Of a stretch of DNA of 64,000 nucleotides, positions 1-13,627 are shown in pieces; positions within the stretch are counted from its first letter, which is position 1; each line of letters begins with the position of its first letter. Location of the stretch: positions 76,014,620-76,078,619 of the forward strand of contig NC_068984.1 of NCBI RefSeq assembly GCF_001194135.2, in the 5' to 3' direction. The DNA is from Octopus bimaculoides (taxonomy: Eukaryota). The translations under genes were made by a program, and so were the position numbers. The notes beneath the pieces were generated by a model that searched no databases, was not told where the DNA came from, and saw only the letters and a program-made list of their open reading frames with translations.

Positions 1-9
1 TGTTTACAT

Positions 10-170
10 TGGGTCATTTTACGTCCTATAACTTAGTGGTTTGATGCACAGATTAACAAAATAATTAGGTAGATGAGAATAAATTACAAGATCAATGTGA
101 TTGTGATGATATACTTTTAGGTGGTGCCCCAGCATGGCCACTGTCAAATGACAAAACCAGTAAAAGAATG
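10..170 (+). mobile_element. 3' half of OR-like SINE
   Basis: acgtcctataacttagtggtt...ggtggtgccccagcatggccactgtcaaatgac matches the tail of the 24393 copy. Confidence 0.7.
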
Positions 171-1637
171 TGTGCACATGCAATGAGTGTAAAACTTAAA
201 AGTTTATTTATCCAGAGAGAAATAACTAGATGAAGAGATTCTTCACTAAAAAGAAAGAGTTATTCTAAACAGCTCCAAAACATTAAATTTTGATTACACT
301 ACTACTACAAACAACTAAAGCAACAACAACTAGCAACCACACAAGCAAAACTAATTAGATTGTCAAGATAACAGAATTTATCAAATAAATCATTACAACA
401 ATTTTATAATCTCTTAAATGCACTGTCTACTGAGTCAATCAATGCACAGGGAAGTATAGCTTTGTTGTCAGTTTAGTGTATAAAAAGCTTGGGGATAGAT
501 GCTGGATCTCTTCATTGAACAAACTGTCCATGGAGTTAATGTATTGTACACTTAGTAATTCTGTTTTTGATATATTATGCTCCTCCACCAATATCAATGA
601 AGTTCTGAAAACATAAGTTTGTGTTCTGTGAAAAGGGGTGACTTTTGGCACTTGAAGCAGAGTCTTTCAATATAGATACAAGATATGACTGATTTCTTTG
701 GATTCTAGTTTTCTTTGTCATGTTTCCACTCAGTTAAAGACTACATGGAATGTCATGACATGCAATGCTTTGTCTTTTGGAGATGCTGAGTATTAGGTTT
801 GGGAAAGTAGCGCTTTTATTAACACCACTGTCCAATCTGTTTATGCATACCAGTTGTTTTCTCCAAGTCAGAACAGATCAATTAGGCCATGATCAAAGAT
901 ATTCAAGCTTTGAGAGAGAACTGGGTGCTGCTTCTAGCAGATTAAACAGCCAGCTGTATATTGGGTTCCTTGGTGACTCAATATTTATTAGGTTCTGATA
1001 GTGGCAGTCATGCTGTTTGAGCACCTCAATTTTATTATACATGCTGGTTTACCTTACTCAGTCACCTTTTTAAAATGAAGAAAAAAAATCCAAAATTAAC
1101 AATATCTGGATTTTTTTAATGTAAAAAAAGCAAAAAAAAAAAAAAAACATTTCTTCAGGACAATATGAAGGAACACTTAGCATTTAATTGGCACCTGTTG
1201 CAGTCTACGCTTCTGAAGTCATTTAAACCCTTCATTATTTTGAAAATTTACTTGACTGTATGATCACAGTGTAGTAGTTCTATTAGACATGAGACCTCAA
1301 AAAAATTTAAAAGAGCCAGTTGTAGCATGTCATAACATGAGTGACACAGCAGTCTCATACAGAGAATTCATGGAAATGGAGTGACAGTTCGTATAGCTAT
1401 ATAAATGAAATGAAGTTTAAAATGCAATTGGGGTCTTTGAGAAGATTTATTTACATTAACTGAACTGGTTTCTGAGAATTGAAATAGTTACTGTAGAGTC
1501 CCATATCCCTATATCTCTTACTGTTTTTTAAAAAAAATAATGGTAGCAGTTAAGTTCATGCAAATAAATCTTTTTTTAAAGGCTACAAGTGATTTTCATC
1601 TTCATTTCTCTGTATTTATGAGTGAAAAGATTCTATT

Positions 1638-1741
<104 letters not shown>

Positions 1742-2749
1742 ATTACTAGTTGGCCACTGTCAAGTAAGTACTCAAAATGATAATACACTAAGAATTAAAA
1801 TTAAATTATTTCACTACAAACAACAATGCATTTCAATCTTGTGTAAAATTGAAGCCCATTGCAGTTGGTAAGAAAACAGTACACACACACACAGACACAT
1901 TTTTATTTGGAGATAAGGATTCCCATTTCTACATGGAGTTTTACAATTGTGTACAATCATTTTCATGCATATATCTGCCTCAAGTATCAGACAAGCACAA
2001 GCATGAAACTCAGAGTAGCAATGGAGTAAATGAATAATAATTAACTTTATATGTACTGTGTAGTCTTTTTTCCTTTGCATTTGTAAACATTTATGTACAT
2101 GTAAAAATATTAAAACTGATATTAAATAATGAAACGACAAAAACACAAAAGTGTTCCTTATTGTTGAAGTGGACAAAGAAGAAGGAATTATGCGTCTTTA
2201 TGTAGGAACAGTACATTAAACAATATTGCTATAAAATTCTGAAAAATAGAGTTCTGTAGAATCAATATTAAGCTGTCAGAAATACTACAACAGATAACAA
2301 TAGTAACAATTAAAAAAAAAACAAAAACAATAACAATATATAGGAGAGAAAAAAGTGCACTAAGTGCATAACCTGATAGTCTTTTAGGGTCAGGTTTACA
2401 TTGGAAACAGGTTTATTGATTAGATATTTTCAATTGAATTAATAACGGCAATAAAAGAAAAATATAATACTTGTAATGATTGGTAATGAGAGCAAGAATG
2501 ATGAGTTTTTAAGTTGATGACAAGGAGGATGGACATATATTAGATGAAATATTGTGCAACAGATGAAGATTCAAAACTTCTCATTCAAAGAAACTGGATA
2601 CTGCCAGTATCTCCCCACCCTGCCTTCAATACATCCATTTGTGATCAAAAGAGAAAGAAAGTAAATAAAGAACAAAACTATCTTGACTACCTTTTAAATA
2701 TTATATTTTTAGTAAGAGAACTCACTAAATATATTTTATTATCTTCAAT

Positions 2750-3011
2750 TTGTTTCTGTCATTAGACTGCAGCCATGATGGGGCATCATGCTGAATAGGT
2801 TTTTAGTTGAATTGACCTCCCTATTTTTTACCACCACCACCCACCACACACACACATAAAAGGCTTCTTTCAATTTCCATCTACTAAATCCACTCACAAG
2901 GCCCAAGGCTATAGCAGAAAAACTTGCCCAAGGTGTCATGCAGTGAGACTGAACTCAGAACAATGTGGTTGGGAAGCAAACTTTTTATCACACAGCCACA
3001 TCTCTGCCTAT
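2750..3011 (-). mobile_element. Decayed, internally deleted OR-like SINE
   Basis: Tail fragment, then ctactaaatccactcacaaggc, cttgcccaaggtgtcatgcagtgagactgaac and tRNA-like head. Confidence 0.75.
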
Positions 3012-4371
3012 TTAGAACTCTGAAGAAAATGTAAAAAGCAATGTATGAATGGAGACAATTCCATGAAAAACACTTTCTATGCTTCTATGCAGTAACTCAA
3101 TCAGAAAAATAACAGCTAAATACCTGTCAAAGAATGCTACATTGTGTTAAAGAAATTAAAAAAAGACTAATACTGTAAATAATACGATCATATATGTACT
3201 ATGCCTAAATAAAATGTAACAAAACGGGATGGTCAAGGCTGGAATGAGTTTTTGAATGGAGTACAGCAAGGTGCTAAGAACAATAATTAAAAATTTGGAG
3301 AGAAAGGAATGATTCTGGGGAACATTAATGACACTATCAAATGCATGGCTAGCATAAAGATCTTATACCAAGTAATGAAACCAGGTAAAATTCTTGGCAT
3401 ACTGCAAGGTTACTTCTTATTGTGATCACCACAACTGGCATAGGAATACAAAACTTCAAATCAACAGTAAAATGTGAATGGGATGTGATGTTCATGTCAA
3501 TTCCAAGAACATTAGATAAGTGGCATATGTGAAATGGCGCAAAAGGGTTAGACACAAGCTGGATCCTAAGTTGTAAGTGTATCTCTTCCAGACTTCTAGT
3601 ATTTATTTTATGTGTTTCAAAGGTGAAAATCAAAGTCAATAGTGGTGGAATTTGAAAGAATATCAATGTACAAAGCTAAACACTGTTATGATCATTGCGC
3701 TACCATTTCTGTCACTCCACTGCTCTTTCAATATAATCAACATATTGTCTCTGACATCACGACAAGGTCAAAGATTTATAGTGATCAATTAAATTGAACC
3801 GAATTATCCCAACTGCATTACGTAGTAATTATATTTATCATTTGAAGGGAAATGAAGTGATGTAAAGGGATGTAACTAAATACCACAAACCCTGCAGCAT
3901 TTTCAATGCTGTACTGCCCTTTAGATATGAGTAAAATAAAGCAACAATATGAGAGCATTGTATTGTTATTGCTTCAGGAATTAATATAAAATAACCTGAA
4001 AGAGTTTACTCAAAGCAAAATATGGAATTTTATAAAATATATAAAATAAAAATATCAAGATTATTGCTTTTTTTTGTTTTCTTTATTAGTTGAGCAAAAA
4101 TAATGGTTGATTCTATGAAATATTCCATCTTTTAAATTATACTGTTGGTTTGAGTATTATTAATAACTAGCAGTAAGTCATAAACATAGGATAACGATTA
4201 ATATTTGTATTGATTTCTTCTGAAAAATTTAGGCAGAGGAAAGATGTTATTGTTTAGCTGTGACGGAGCAGACCTATAATGAAAAATGCTCCTACCTTGA
4301 CAATCGCACCAATTTTTTCACATATAATAATCTAGGATTACATTATCCAGCGTGGCCTTTATATTTACTTA

Positions 4372-4493
4372 TCTGCCAAATCAGATTGGAGCCTGGTGTA
4401 GCCATCTGGTTTCACCAGTCCTCAGTCAAATCGTCCAACCCATGCTAGCATGGAAAGTGGACGTTAAACGACGACGATGATGATGATGATGAT
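4372..4493 (+). mobile_element. Short RTE 3'-end insertion with (GAT)n tail
   Basis: Near-identical to 41909-42016 (tctgccaaatcaga...cagtcaaatcgtccaacccatgctagcatggaaag...gttaaacga) and homologous to the RTE tail at 23000-23095. Confidence 0.85.
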
Positions 4494-5061
4494 CTCAGGA
4501 TCATCATCATCAGGAAATTCATCTTTCTTCCAAGTAGGACCACCATGAAGAGGATCATTTATTGCCTCAAAGAGAGCATGTATTAACAGAGGTGGAAAAC
4601 AAAAAACAAGTGGGGAATAAATATCAATGCACTCTCCTTTTTACATTCACTTATTCTATGATAATTTTCTTGCAAATGTTTAACTCTCTGTGTTGCTATT
4701 TTCTTTCTACCTGAGTAGTCAACAGGAAACAGAGTATTTAATTTATCTTGTTGAGGTAACTACTTGAAGATACAAGAAAAAACTGTTCTTTAGGGGAAAA
4801 GGTGATACAAAACTATGGCTATTCGAACTTATGAGTATGCCACCAGTAGTTCAATAATTCTGTCTAAAATATAATCTCTTTAGTTTTGTTATTCAAGTGA
4901 ACAGAAACAAAAAATATTATGAAAATACTTTCACCTGAAATATAAATAATCAGAGAATAATGTCAATATTAAAAAACTACAATGACTATTTTACGTGAGA
5001 AATTGAAGAATTAGCCGCAAGGAAAATTCCTGGACCAAACAGATGTTTTGAAGTTACAGAA

Positions 5062-5108
<47 letters not shown>

Positions 5109-5326
5109 ATCTCTTACAATAAATAAAAAAAACTATGCTGTGACAACGACTCTCCAAAGCACCAGACGAATTCCACAAGAACAAAAGACAAATTGTCAAA
5201 ATGTGAAAAAAATCCTGAAATGAAAAACGACTGGAAGCGACAACATAAAAAAAAAAAACAATTGTTATGAGAAGAGATAAATTAAAGCTAAAAGAAAATT
5301 ATAATAAAACTAATTTTTAAACTCAC

Positions 5327-6036
5327 CCAATTGAGGTCTTTTCCTCTTCATTTTCTTTTTTTTCCATAATTTGGTTGGAGTATCTTCCCTTAACTTAGGT
5401 GGTTTGGGAGCAGTAGGCTGTTGTGTGTTAAAATGGCTATTAACGTGTCTTTCAAGACCATGATGTGATGGGAAACGCATATCGCAGCCATCAACAATGC
5501 ATTTGAATGGCTTGTCACCACTGTGACTGAGAATGTGCCGCTCAAGCCAAGACATGGAGCAAGAGCGTTTCGCATACACCTTACAACCATCCCAAAAGCA
5601 TACATATGTTTCACTACCTTCTTGACTCTCAACATGTTTCTCACGAATATGTGCCATGAGCAAGTCGGGGTCCAAGACGATATCACAGTTTTTCCATTTG
5701 CAATGTGTTACTGTTTCCTTGTTGCAGTTGTAGTCAAAGTTTTGTGAGTCTTTACATGATGATGATGATGACGATGATGATGAGATCAACGCACAGTTGA
5801 CCGCATTGCTGACACTGGCTGTGCTACAGGACAGGATGGGTGTGTAAGGGCGGTCTATGAGAGGTGGCAGTAACCCTGAATGGGCAGTAGAACTAGACAA
5901 CCCCACCTGACCTGCAGCAGTTTTGGTCCGCTCATTATTAAGAGCCAATCCGTCAAAAATGGAGTGTAATCCGTAAATTGATTGAGAGGCTGGTTCAGGA
6001 GATCCTTTGCTGTTGGCTTGCTTGGAAATACATGGG
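5327..6036 (-). CDS. AEBP2: Internal coding exon of zinc finger protein AEBP2/jing (three C2H2 fingers plus K/R-rich motif)
   Basis: ORF 5310-6059 encodes CKWKNC...HIREKH, YVCFWDGCKVY...[23 protein letters not shown]...GLERHVNSHF, then KKKKMKRKRP. This matches the recalled AEBP2 pattern (FVCLWKGCKVY...[23 protein letters not shown]...GLARHVPTHF). Acceptor ctaac...tttactattccacag precedes 6036 and donor GTGAGT follows 5327; phase 2 in, phase 1 out. A poly-Ser tract is encoded by (TCA)n. Confidence 0.93.
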
Positions 6037-7069
6037 CTGTGGAATAGTAAACAGCACAAGTTAGAATTGCAAACAAATTATAAAGGTCATCTTACAAAAT
6101 ACTAATAATAATGATGGTTATTTAACAAAATCAAAACCATGATAAAACATAAAATAAATTCAACAAAATCCTATTTTAATTATAAGGAAATATTTAAAAA
6201 GAAAATAAAAGAAATCTGAAATTGTTCATGTATTTGACTGGAGATAGCAAAAATAATTTATTTTAAACTAGGTTAGTTACGAAAGAATATGAGCTTTAAA
6301 TTGATATGGTCTTTTAAGATCAATGTATATAATTTATCAGAACACATGACGTAAGAGAGCAGTCTTGCAACTGCCTTGCAATTTACAAAAAGAAAAAAAC
6401 AAAAACAAAACAAAAAAAAACAACAACCCCAAAACGATGCTTTTTAAAACTCTTTCAAGTTCTAACATTTACACTGACATCAAAAGACCTGAAATGCTGA
6501 AAGTGATAAAAATTAATTAGATTCACATTTCATTTTAATACACATATCTTTCACATTCCCACTTTCTGTCCATTTTATTTTCTTAATGCTAGCAGTTACT
6601 ACTTAGAATCTTTAGGAGGTATATCTAGGAGATAGGCACTTGTAAGTGCTTAATGAGCTGACATAAACATAGCAACCAAAAGAACTTTACAAGCAAAATG
6701 AACAACGTGCAATACACTGTGTGGCTGTGACCTAAACCTGAAAATCGCAATGTGATTTATAAAATAAATGGATCTTAGAATTTTATCCATTCAATCAACT
6801 AAACTACTAAGCTCACTGGATTAGCATGTAAGTGGCTGAGTATTCCACAGACGTGTACATTTGAATCTTAGTTACAATCTATCTGATGGGCTTCTATGCA
6901 GTTCCTGTCGCACCCTACCACCATACTATTAATATCACAAAGTATAGATTGACCTGTAGCTACAGAAAATGACACTTGCCAAAGTACCATGCAGTGGGAC
7001 CAAGCCCAGGACTTCATGATAGCAACACAAAATTCTTAACCACACTGTGCCATATATATATATATGTGA

Positions 7070-7113
<44 letters not shown>

Positions 7114-7294
7114 ACAACCTCACATATACAAAGACCTATAAACCATAAAATGAAAAGAGAAAGAAAAAAAAAGTTCTGAAAGAGAAAACATAACTTAAGA
7201 AGCATATATTATTTGATGTGCACTTGCTTCTAAAGACTGTAGACCATTAAATGACGGAGCTTTGGCAACTATTCCTAGTGGCTCCTATTCATAG

Positions 7295-7416
7295 CTTTGA
7301 GATACTGGTTATATGGTTGTTTATTTTTAGAATGACATTTTAAGGCAGGTGTGAGAAGTCAGATCTGGCTGGATTAAACATAGAAGTTGTAGAATATTTG
7401 GGCCAGTTTAAATGCT
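7295..7416. mobile_element. piggyBac-type MITE, family A (fragment)
   Basis: tcatagctttgagat...ttagaatgacattt...gatctggc...gtagaatatttgggccagtttaaatgct. Confidence 0.6.
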
Positions 7417-8771
7417 TAGCAAAAAGGATGCTTATATATTCCTCATTAGCCACAAAGATAGTGTTATGCATTAAATTCTTTTACATATATATAATCTTAA
7501 AAACACTTCCCTTATTACAGCTGATTTCATTTTAATGCAGTTACCACATGAAGAGCACTATCCAAATGCTCATAATCAGTCACAAAGCTAGTGTTGCTTT
7601 CGTATAAACCTGACGGTGGAAACAAGATGAACAAGGACAATATCAGTTTGAAGCTGTTGAAATTGCAACTATTTTTGGAGGAGTTATCCGTTTCACTGAC
7701 CGTTTAATCCTTTTAATACCAACCAGCTACTTTGTGCTGTCACTGGTTCTTTTAGTTAAAAAACTTCTAATACTGAAATCTTCATATTTAAAGCTTAAAA
7801 CGTTTCACCATAATTTTGTATAAAAATGTTACATTCCAAAATACTGGGTTAATGAGAAATTTTATTAAAACCAAAAATCTTGAATAATTTCAATATTAAT
7901 TCAAACACATAACCAGTGTATGTCATCAGAAATATCACCCTAAAAGTCTTCAGGATAGATAAGTGCATTTATATTTTTGTGATTATATATGTATATGTGT
8001 GTGTATCTATATGAGAGAGAGAGAGGTTTGGTAGAACTAACAAAAGAAAAAGAATTCAATACATGTTTCTGTGTATACACACACACGTCCTACAGGGGAT
8101 GTACAGGTTATATGTAAAAGAGTACAAAACTTCAGATTTACATTGAAGGTCAAATGAGATTCAGTTCCACAAGGGTTTTACTAAAAACTGAATGAAAAGG
8201 ATGCGACTGCAGGCCCAGTCTGCCAAGTGTTTACTTCTGAAGTACTAAAACAGAAACATAACTTCAAATCAAGAGAACAGAAATTTAAGAAAAAGGGAAA
8301 CTGATTTGATTTGGATTGAATGCATCTCCAGTTTAGGGGAAGGGAAATGCTTTCCTTAAAGGCATAAAAAATCAGTTACTGACCACCAAGACTGACATGT
8401 CTAAAGCAGATTACAGATACATGGATTTGGTGAGAATTCCATTCACCACTAAGCTGTGGTGGGGAGGAGGACACTGACCATTAGGAATGAGTTCCACCAG
8501 AAAATCTCAACTAATAATATGTAACCAATGTTGCTTAGTCCCAAGTTAGCTTTACAAAGGGATGGGTACTTTGGATATGAAGCCAATTATACAGTTATGT
8601 AAACAAATTTATAGTTACAGGGAATGAATATATAATGAAACAGAGATTCAGAGATGGCAGGAAGTACATACTACTAAAATGTCTATGCCTATCACACACA
8701 CATTATGTACATAAATGCACACACACATACAGTTAGAGAGAAAGTGAAGGAAAGAAAAAGGGGGGAAAAAG

Positions 8772-8815
<44 letters not shown>

Positions 8816-10348
8816 AGAGAGAGAAATTACAGAAACCAAGTTTGTTTGTGGTGAGTAAGTTTATAAGTTAAGGTTATAATTACTAGTGAGTGAAATTTAT
8901 GTTGAGCTTAATGCCTGTTAATATAAACAAATTATACAACTACATCTAGCAAGGTGAAACAGTAATGACCAACCACTCTACGTTATTGCCAATTAGATTT
9001 TAATGCCTAAACATTAATCACTGTGTTAGAGGGCATGCATGCACACACACAACAGGATTTTTAATGTCATAAAATATACTGGAAAAAATTTAGTGATGGG
9101 TGAAATGAGTAGAAAGCGAATAAATAAATATTTAAACTGACTTTTGTTACTTATTTGTTGTTGTCCATCATCATCATCAATATCATTATTATTAAGAAAG
9201 AAAACAGTTTTCTTATTACTATCAGTATCATATTGCAAATCTAATTTGCATTCAAAACCAGCAAGGCTACTGAAGTAAGATGTAACACAACACTACATGT
9301 CTGTTATGATCTGCCCTTGTTGGAGCTGATCGGCAGGGATGATTTTAAAGTGTCATTTTTACATTGTGAAAACATACAAAAGCATACACACACACACGCA
9401 ATTTCTCCACGTAAACACAGTGCTTATACAAGATTAAAAAGATGCTATGGAATTGACTTTATCTTCAAATTACATTCAAAAAGATCGTTACAGTAAAAAC
9501 TCATCTTATGAGGCATAGAAAATACAGATGGCAGACTGATGATAAAAAGAGAGAAAGAGAAAAAAAAGAAAGCATTTAAAAATCTTTCCTTCAGCCCCAA
9601 ACTATGGAATTGCATGTAATTTTCTTTCTAGAGATTAACAAGCTTAGGGAACTCGATGTTTTGTATTAAAATACTTCTCAAAAATCATTTAACCTTTTTT
9701 CTTGGTAAGAGACTTCATCAAAATATAATAGTCATTTTCACATTTCTACATATTACTAAGAGTATACAGTTGAATATATGAACCTACATCTTATCAAGAC
9801 TAAGATAAGGTTCTCTCTCTCTCACACACACACACACACACTTCATATCATCAAAGCATATTTCAAAACATTCCTTCCATTGTAGTTGTATTATAATTAT
9901 CAAAAACATTTCATAAATTACAACTGCCTCTTTCTAATTACATTAGCAGGTTAAACAATCATGTATAAATACCCTCAGTGCAATAGCTTTTTAAAACAAC
10001 TTCAACAGATAAGCATGTCATCTAATAGAGACAGGAAGCTTCTATTTGATTGCTTAACTTATTAGAAATAGCAGTCAAATTTCCCTCAAATTAAACCTGA
10101 TATTAATCAAAGAATGATTCGTTCTACAGAAAGATGGGGATGTCCAAGGCTAACCCATTCATCAACTGGTAGCTTATCTAGACAGATTTAGTAACTTATC
10201 TGTCAAGAAAAAAATAGTGCAAAAGCAAGAGACTCTGGATAAAAATATAAAGTAGAAGTTGGAGAAGGTTGCATTGACATTAGCTGTCATTTGACAAGGC
10301 TACATATACAAAATAGTTTTATACCATTAGATTTATCTTATAAAATAT

Positions 10349-10555
10349 TGGCACGACTTTATGGCTAAGAAGCTCATTCTGCAACCATATGGTTTCAGGA
10401 TCAAACAGCACCTTTGACAAGTGTCTTCTGTTATAATCCTGGACTGATGAATGTCTTGTGAGTGAATATGGTAGATGGAAACTTTGTGGAAGCACATCAT
10501 ATATATATATGTTTGTGTGTGCTCGCTCACTCACCCACTGCCTGACAAGTAGTAT

Positions 10556-10559
<4 letters not shown>
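10349..10559 (+). mobile_element. 5' half of a decayed tRNA/CORE-type (Octopus OR-like) SINE, interrupted by the CR1-like LINE
   Basis: Head, then cacctttgacaagtgtcttctg and ttgtgagtgaatatggtagatggaaact, matching the copy at 24393-24792. Confidence 0.75.
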
Positions 10560-10594
<35 letters not shown>

Positions 10595-11470
10595 TAGTTT
10601 CAGCTCATAGCTGTGGCCATGCTGGAGCACCGCCTTTTGTTACACTGTTATTACTGAGAGCCTCCTCTAATATGTGGCACTTGGTGAAGAATGGAGTTTG
10701 ATGTCACTACCCTCATTCGCACCTCCTGCTGTGAGATAGGTTCATCTGGGACTTTTGACAGGAAGAGGTCCCGTATTGATTTGAAAACACCTACATCCAC
10801 TTTGTGTAGGTCCCTCAGGCTCTTTGGGAGCATATTAAAAAGCTGTAGGCCCCTGAAACCCAGACTGTTGCAGTAACTGGTCCTGAAGCATGATGGCATT
10901 GCTGGAATCTTTGGCACTGGTGTAGCTTTCAATGCCAAAATTTAGCACAATTCCTTCCAGGATCTTCCAGATGTATATTACTGCATGCCTCTCCTGCCTT
11001 TGCAACAGCTCAGCTACTGTGAAGCTTCACTGGATTGCTTCAAGGTCCGCTGTTAATTTTACACTGTTGGGTGACCATAGCTGTGAGGAGTAATCCAGGA
11101 GGCTGAGGACAAATGTCCTCCAGAGGACCATCATGGTTTCCTTTTCTCTAGTTCTGAACGTTCTCAGGATCCAGCCAGCCAATCGTCTGCACCTTGTCAC
11201 CATCCTGGTAATGTGCACTTGGAAAGAGGTATCATCACTCATGTCGATACCCAGGTCTCTCACTGATTTAGGTTCTGGGATTGTAATCCCCTGTGAACCA
11301 GTGTACCATGTAAGTTTTATATTCAGTTTTGGATGCTGGTAGTGTGGGGCTTGGAATTTTTCAGCATTAAAGTGTATATTATTATCCCTAGCCCATTTGT
11401 AGATTGAGTCCAAATCCTGCTGCAGGTGTGCAACATTGCTGGGGTTCTGTATTTTCTGCGAGACTTCCAT
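10560..11470 (-). mobile_element. 5'-truncated CR1/L2-group LINE with poly(A) tail
   Basis: ORFs 11027-11470 and 10651-10938 contain LQQDLDSIYKWARDNNIHFNAEKF, VRDLGI, LLDYSSQLWSP and GLQLFNMLPKSLR; truncated just after the expected YADD; poly-T at 10560-10593 is the A tail. Confidence 0.9.
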
Positions 11471-11575
11471 AATTTGTTTACGTTCTAATAACTTAGTAGT
11501 TCATCAAAAGAGAGTGACAGGAATAAGTATCAGACTTTAAAAAAAAAAGTGAGAACTGGGGTAAATTTATTCAAC

Positions 11576-11607
<32 letters not shown>

Positions 11608-11662
11608 TCAAAGCAGTATCTCAACATGGCTGCCGTCCAATGGCTGAAACAGCTAAAAGATA
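11471..11662 (+). mobile_element. 3' half of the same OR-like SINE
   Basis: tgtttacgttctaataacttagtagttc...gaataagtatcagact...caacatggctgccgtccaatggctgaaac continues the consensus from where 10559 stops. Confidence 0.7.
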
Positions 11663-13627
11663 AGGATAACCTAACAAAATTTTTTTCTTTTAAAAAAGGA
11701 GGTGGAGTTTTTTAAAAACTTGTTTAGTTGAAAATTTCTTTTGGGTTTCTATGTTTTTTATCACAATTGTAATTACAAGTGTAGCTAAAGAAAAACTAAA
11801 ATAAATATAGATAAATATATACTGTTCCTCACACATGCTTCCAGGAAAATTACACATTCCTCCTCCTTTGGTATTAAGACAACAAATCCAAATTATCAGA
11901 GAAAGCATCGATACTATAGCACAGATAGTTTCATGTAACCTCAGGTAGACAGCAAGTTACACAACATGATTCATATAATGCAGTTTTGGTGTAACATGTC
12001 TTCCAAATTACATTTGACTGATGTCATCAACTATAGCAATCTCAACCAGTCTAGGAAAAGGATTTGTAAAGGTTATGAACAATGCCCCAACTCCCACCTT
12101 CACCTTTTCATCATATAATTTTTTTTTTTAATGTATTCAATTCTGACAGTAAATTTCAAGGATGTACCTCTCTTTGATAGTAAACTCCATTAAGCATACG
12201 GTATTCACATAAATGCTTAACTATGAAAGAAAATACTTTGAAAATTTAGAAAACAAAAGCACAGTTGATAACAAACAAAAAAAAAATTTCTTAAAAAAAA
12301 AAATATTGAAAAAAGAAAAAGTTTTATACTGATGTTGATCCAAGACTTCTAAGAATAAAAAATCTCTTTAAAAAACAGTTTTCATTGTTTTGTCTTTACA
12401 AAAGAATGTGTAGTAATAAATAAACAAAACAAAATCTATTAATTAGAACAAGAATAAGTAAGAATTGATGAAAAAATATTCGTCTTCAGAGTCAGGATTA
12501 AAAAAAAAAAACATAACAAAATGTGATGAGTTTTTAAGAAAATCTAAAAATAAAATATTATTGGTCAGCTTCAGTTTATAATAAATAAAAAGCCTAAAAT
12601 GTGTTAGAATGAATAGAAATTGTATTTCTTTTTTATTTTTGAATTTTCTCTTTCTTACAGTTTTATAAATGAAGAAATTTCTATTTCTACCATCTTATCA
12701 TAAATGAAATGTTAAGGGAGGAGAGTAGGGAAAAAGGGGTGGTGACAAAACATAAAAACAAATGTGTGTGTGTGAGAGAGAGGGAGAGATAGTGAGAGGG
12801 GGGGGGAGAAATGTGACAAGCATGAATCATTGCATTATAAGTTGTTTTTGGTTAGTAGAAGTGATTGGTAAACAATAATTCCAAATATAAAATTCTCTCA
12901 GTGTGTGTGTGTGTGATAGTATGACAATAAGAGATGTGTCATTATTATGATGAATGGCAGTGGATTGACAGAATCATTAGAGTATCAGATAAAATGTGTT
13001 GTAGCTCCCTATGTTCTAAGTTCAATCATTCTTCTAAGGTTGATCAAATAGAGTACCACTCAAATACTGGGGTTGATTAATCACCCGCCTCTCCACTCTC
13101 ACTCAACAATAAATGAATAATCCCAGATATGTGCCTATCTTTTATTTATTAGATTGCAGCCATGCTGGGGCTGTGCTTTGAAGAATTTTTAGTTGAATGA
13201 ATCAACCCCAGGACTTATTTTTAAGAAATTACTATTAGGATGAGAGCAGGAAAGACAAAGGGTGGCAGAATCAGTAGAATGTCAGATAAACTGCCTTTTG
13301 GTATTTATTTAGTCATGGCCCTTTACATTCAGTGTTCAAATTCTGGCAAAGTCAGGAAAGTAAAATATCAGTTAAGTACTGAAGATAATACATAATCAAT
13401 CACCCACTTGTTCAAATTCGTGGTCTTGTGCCAAAGTTCAAAGCCATTATTACAAAGGACAGAAAACTGAGATGATTTGATACAACCAAGCTAACATGAT
13501 GAGTATAGCAATGAGAAGGAGGCACAAAAATGTCAGCAGTTCAAATTTTTGTCTTTTTCTTGTTTTGGATTGTGTTTGAGTGTAGCACAGACCAATATAT
13601 TTGTGAGTTTTATAAAAATGTATCACT

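Noticed and set aside
439-611. Minus-strand ttttcag followed by an open frame TSLILVEEHNISKTELL...FPVH* as the AEBP2 last exon
   Set aside because: Needs phase 2, whereas the finger exon exits in phase 1, and it shows no similarity to the AEBP2 C-terminus (DFFD, VFHS, LLHW motifs).
4494-4600. Minus-strand peptide ALFEAINDPLHGGPTWKKDEFPDDDDPE
   Set aside because: No convincing acceptor or donor, and the acidic run comes from an (ATC)n tract.
5100-5214. Acceptor 112 nt downstream of the AEBP2 exon reading DFFH...
   Set aside because: DFF appears only in phase 0. The required phase-1 frame gives an unrelated peptide that runs to a stop.
7545-7609. 65-nt exon-like unit GLYESNTSFVTDYEHLDSALHV
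   Set aside because: Phase 1-0 does not fit the 6036 acceptor and the donor is moderate; such hits are expected by chance in long introns.
9130-9272. Exon-like frame LAGFECKLDLQYDTDSNKK...DDDDGQQQ
   Set aside because: Driven by (ATC)/(TTG)/(ATT) micro-repeats; available donors exit in phase 1.
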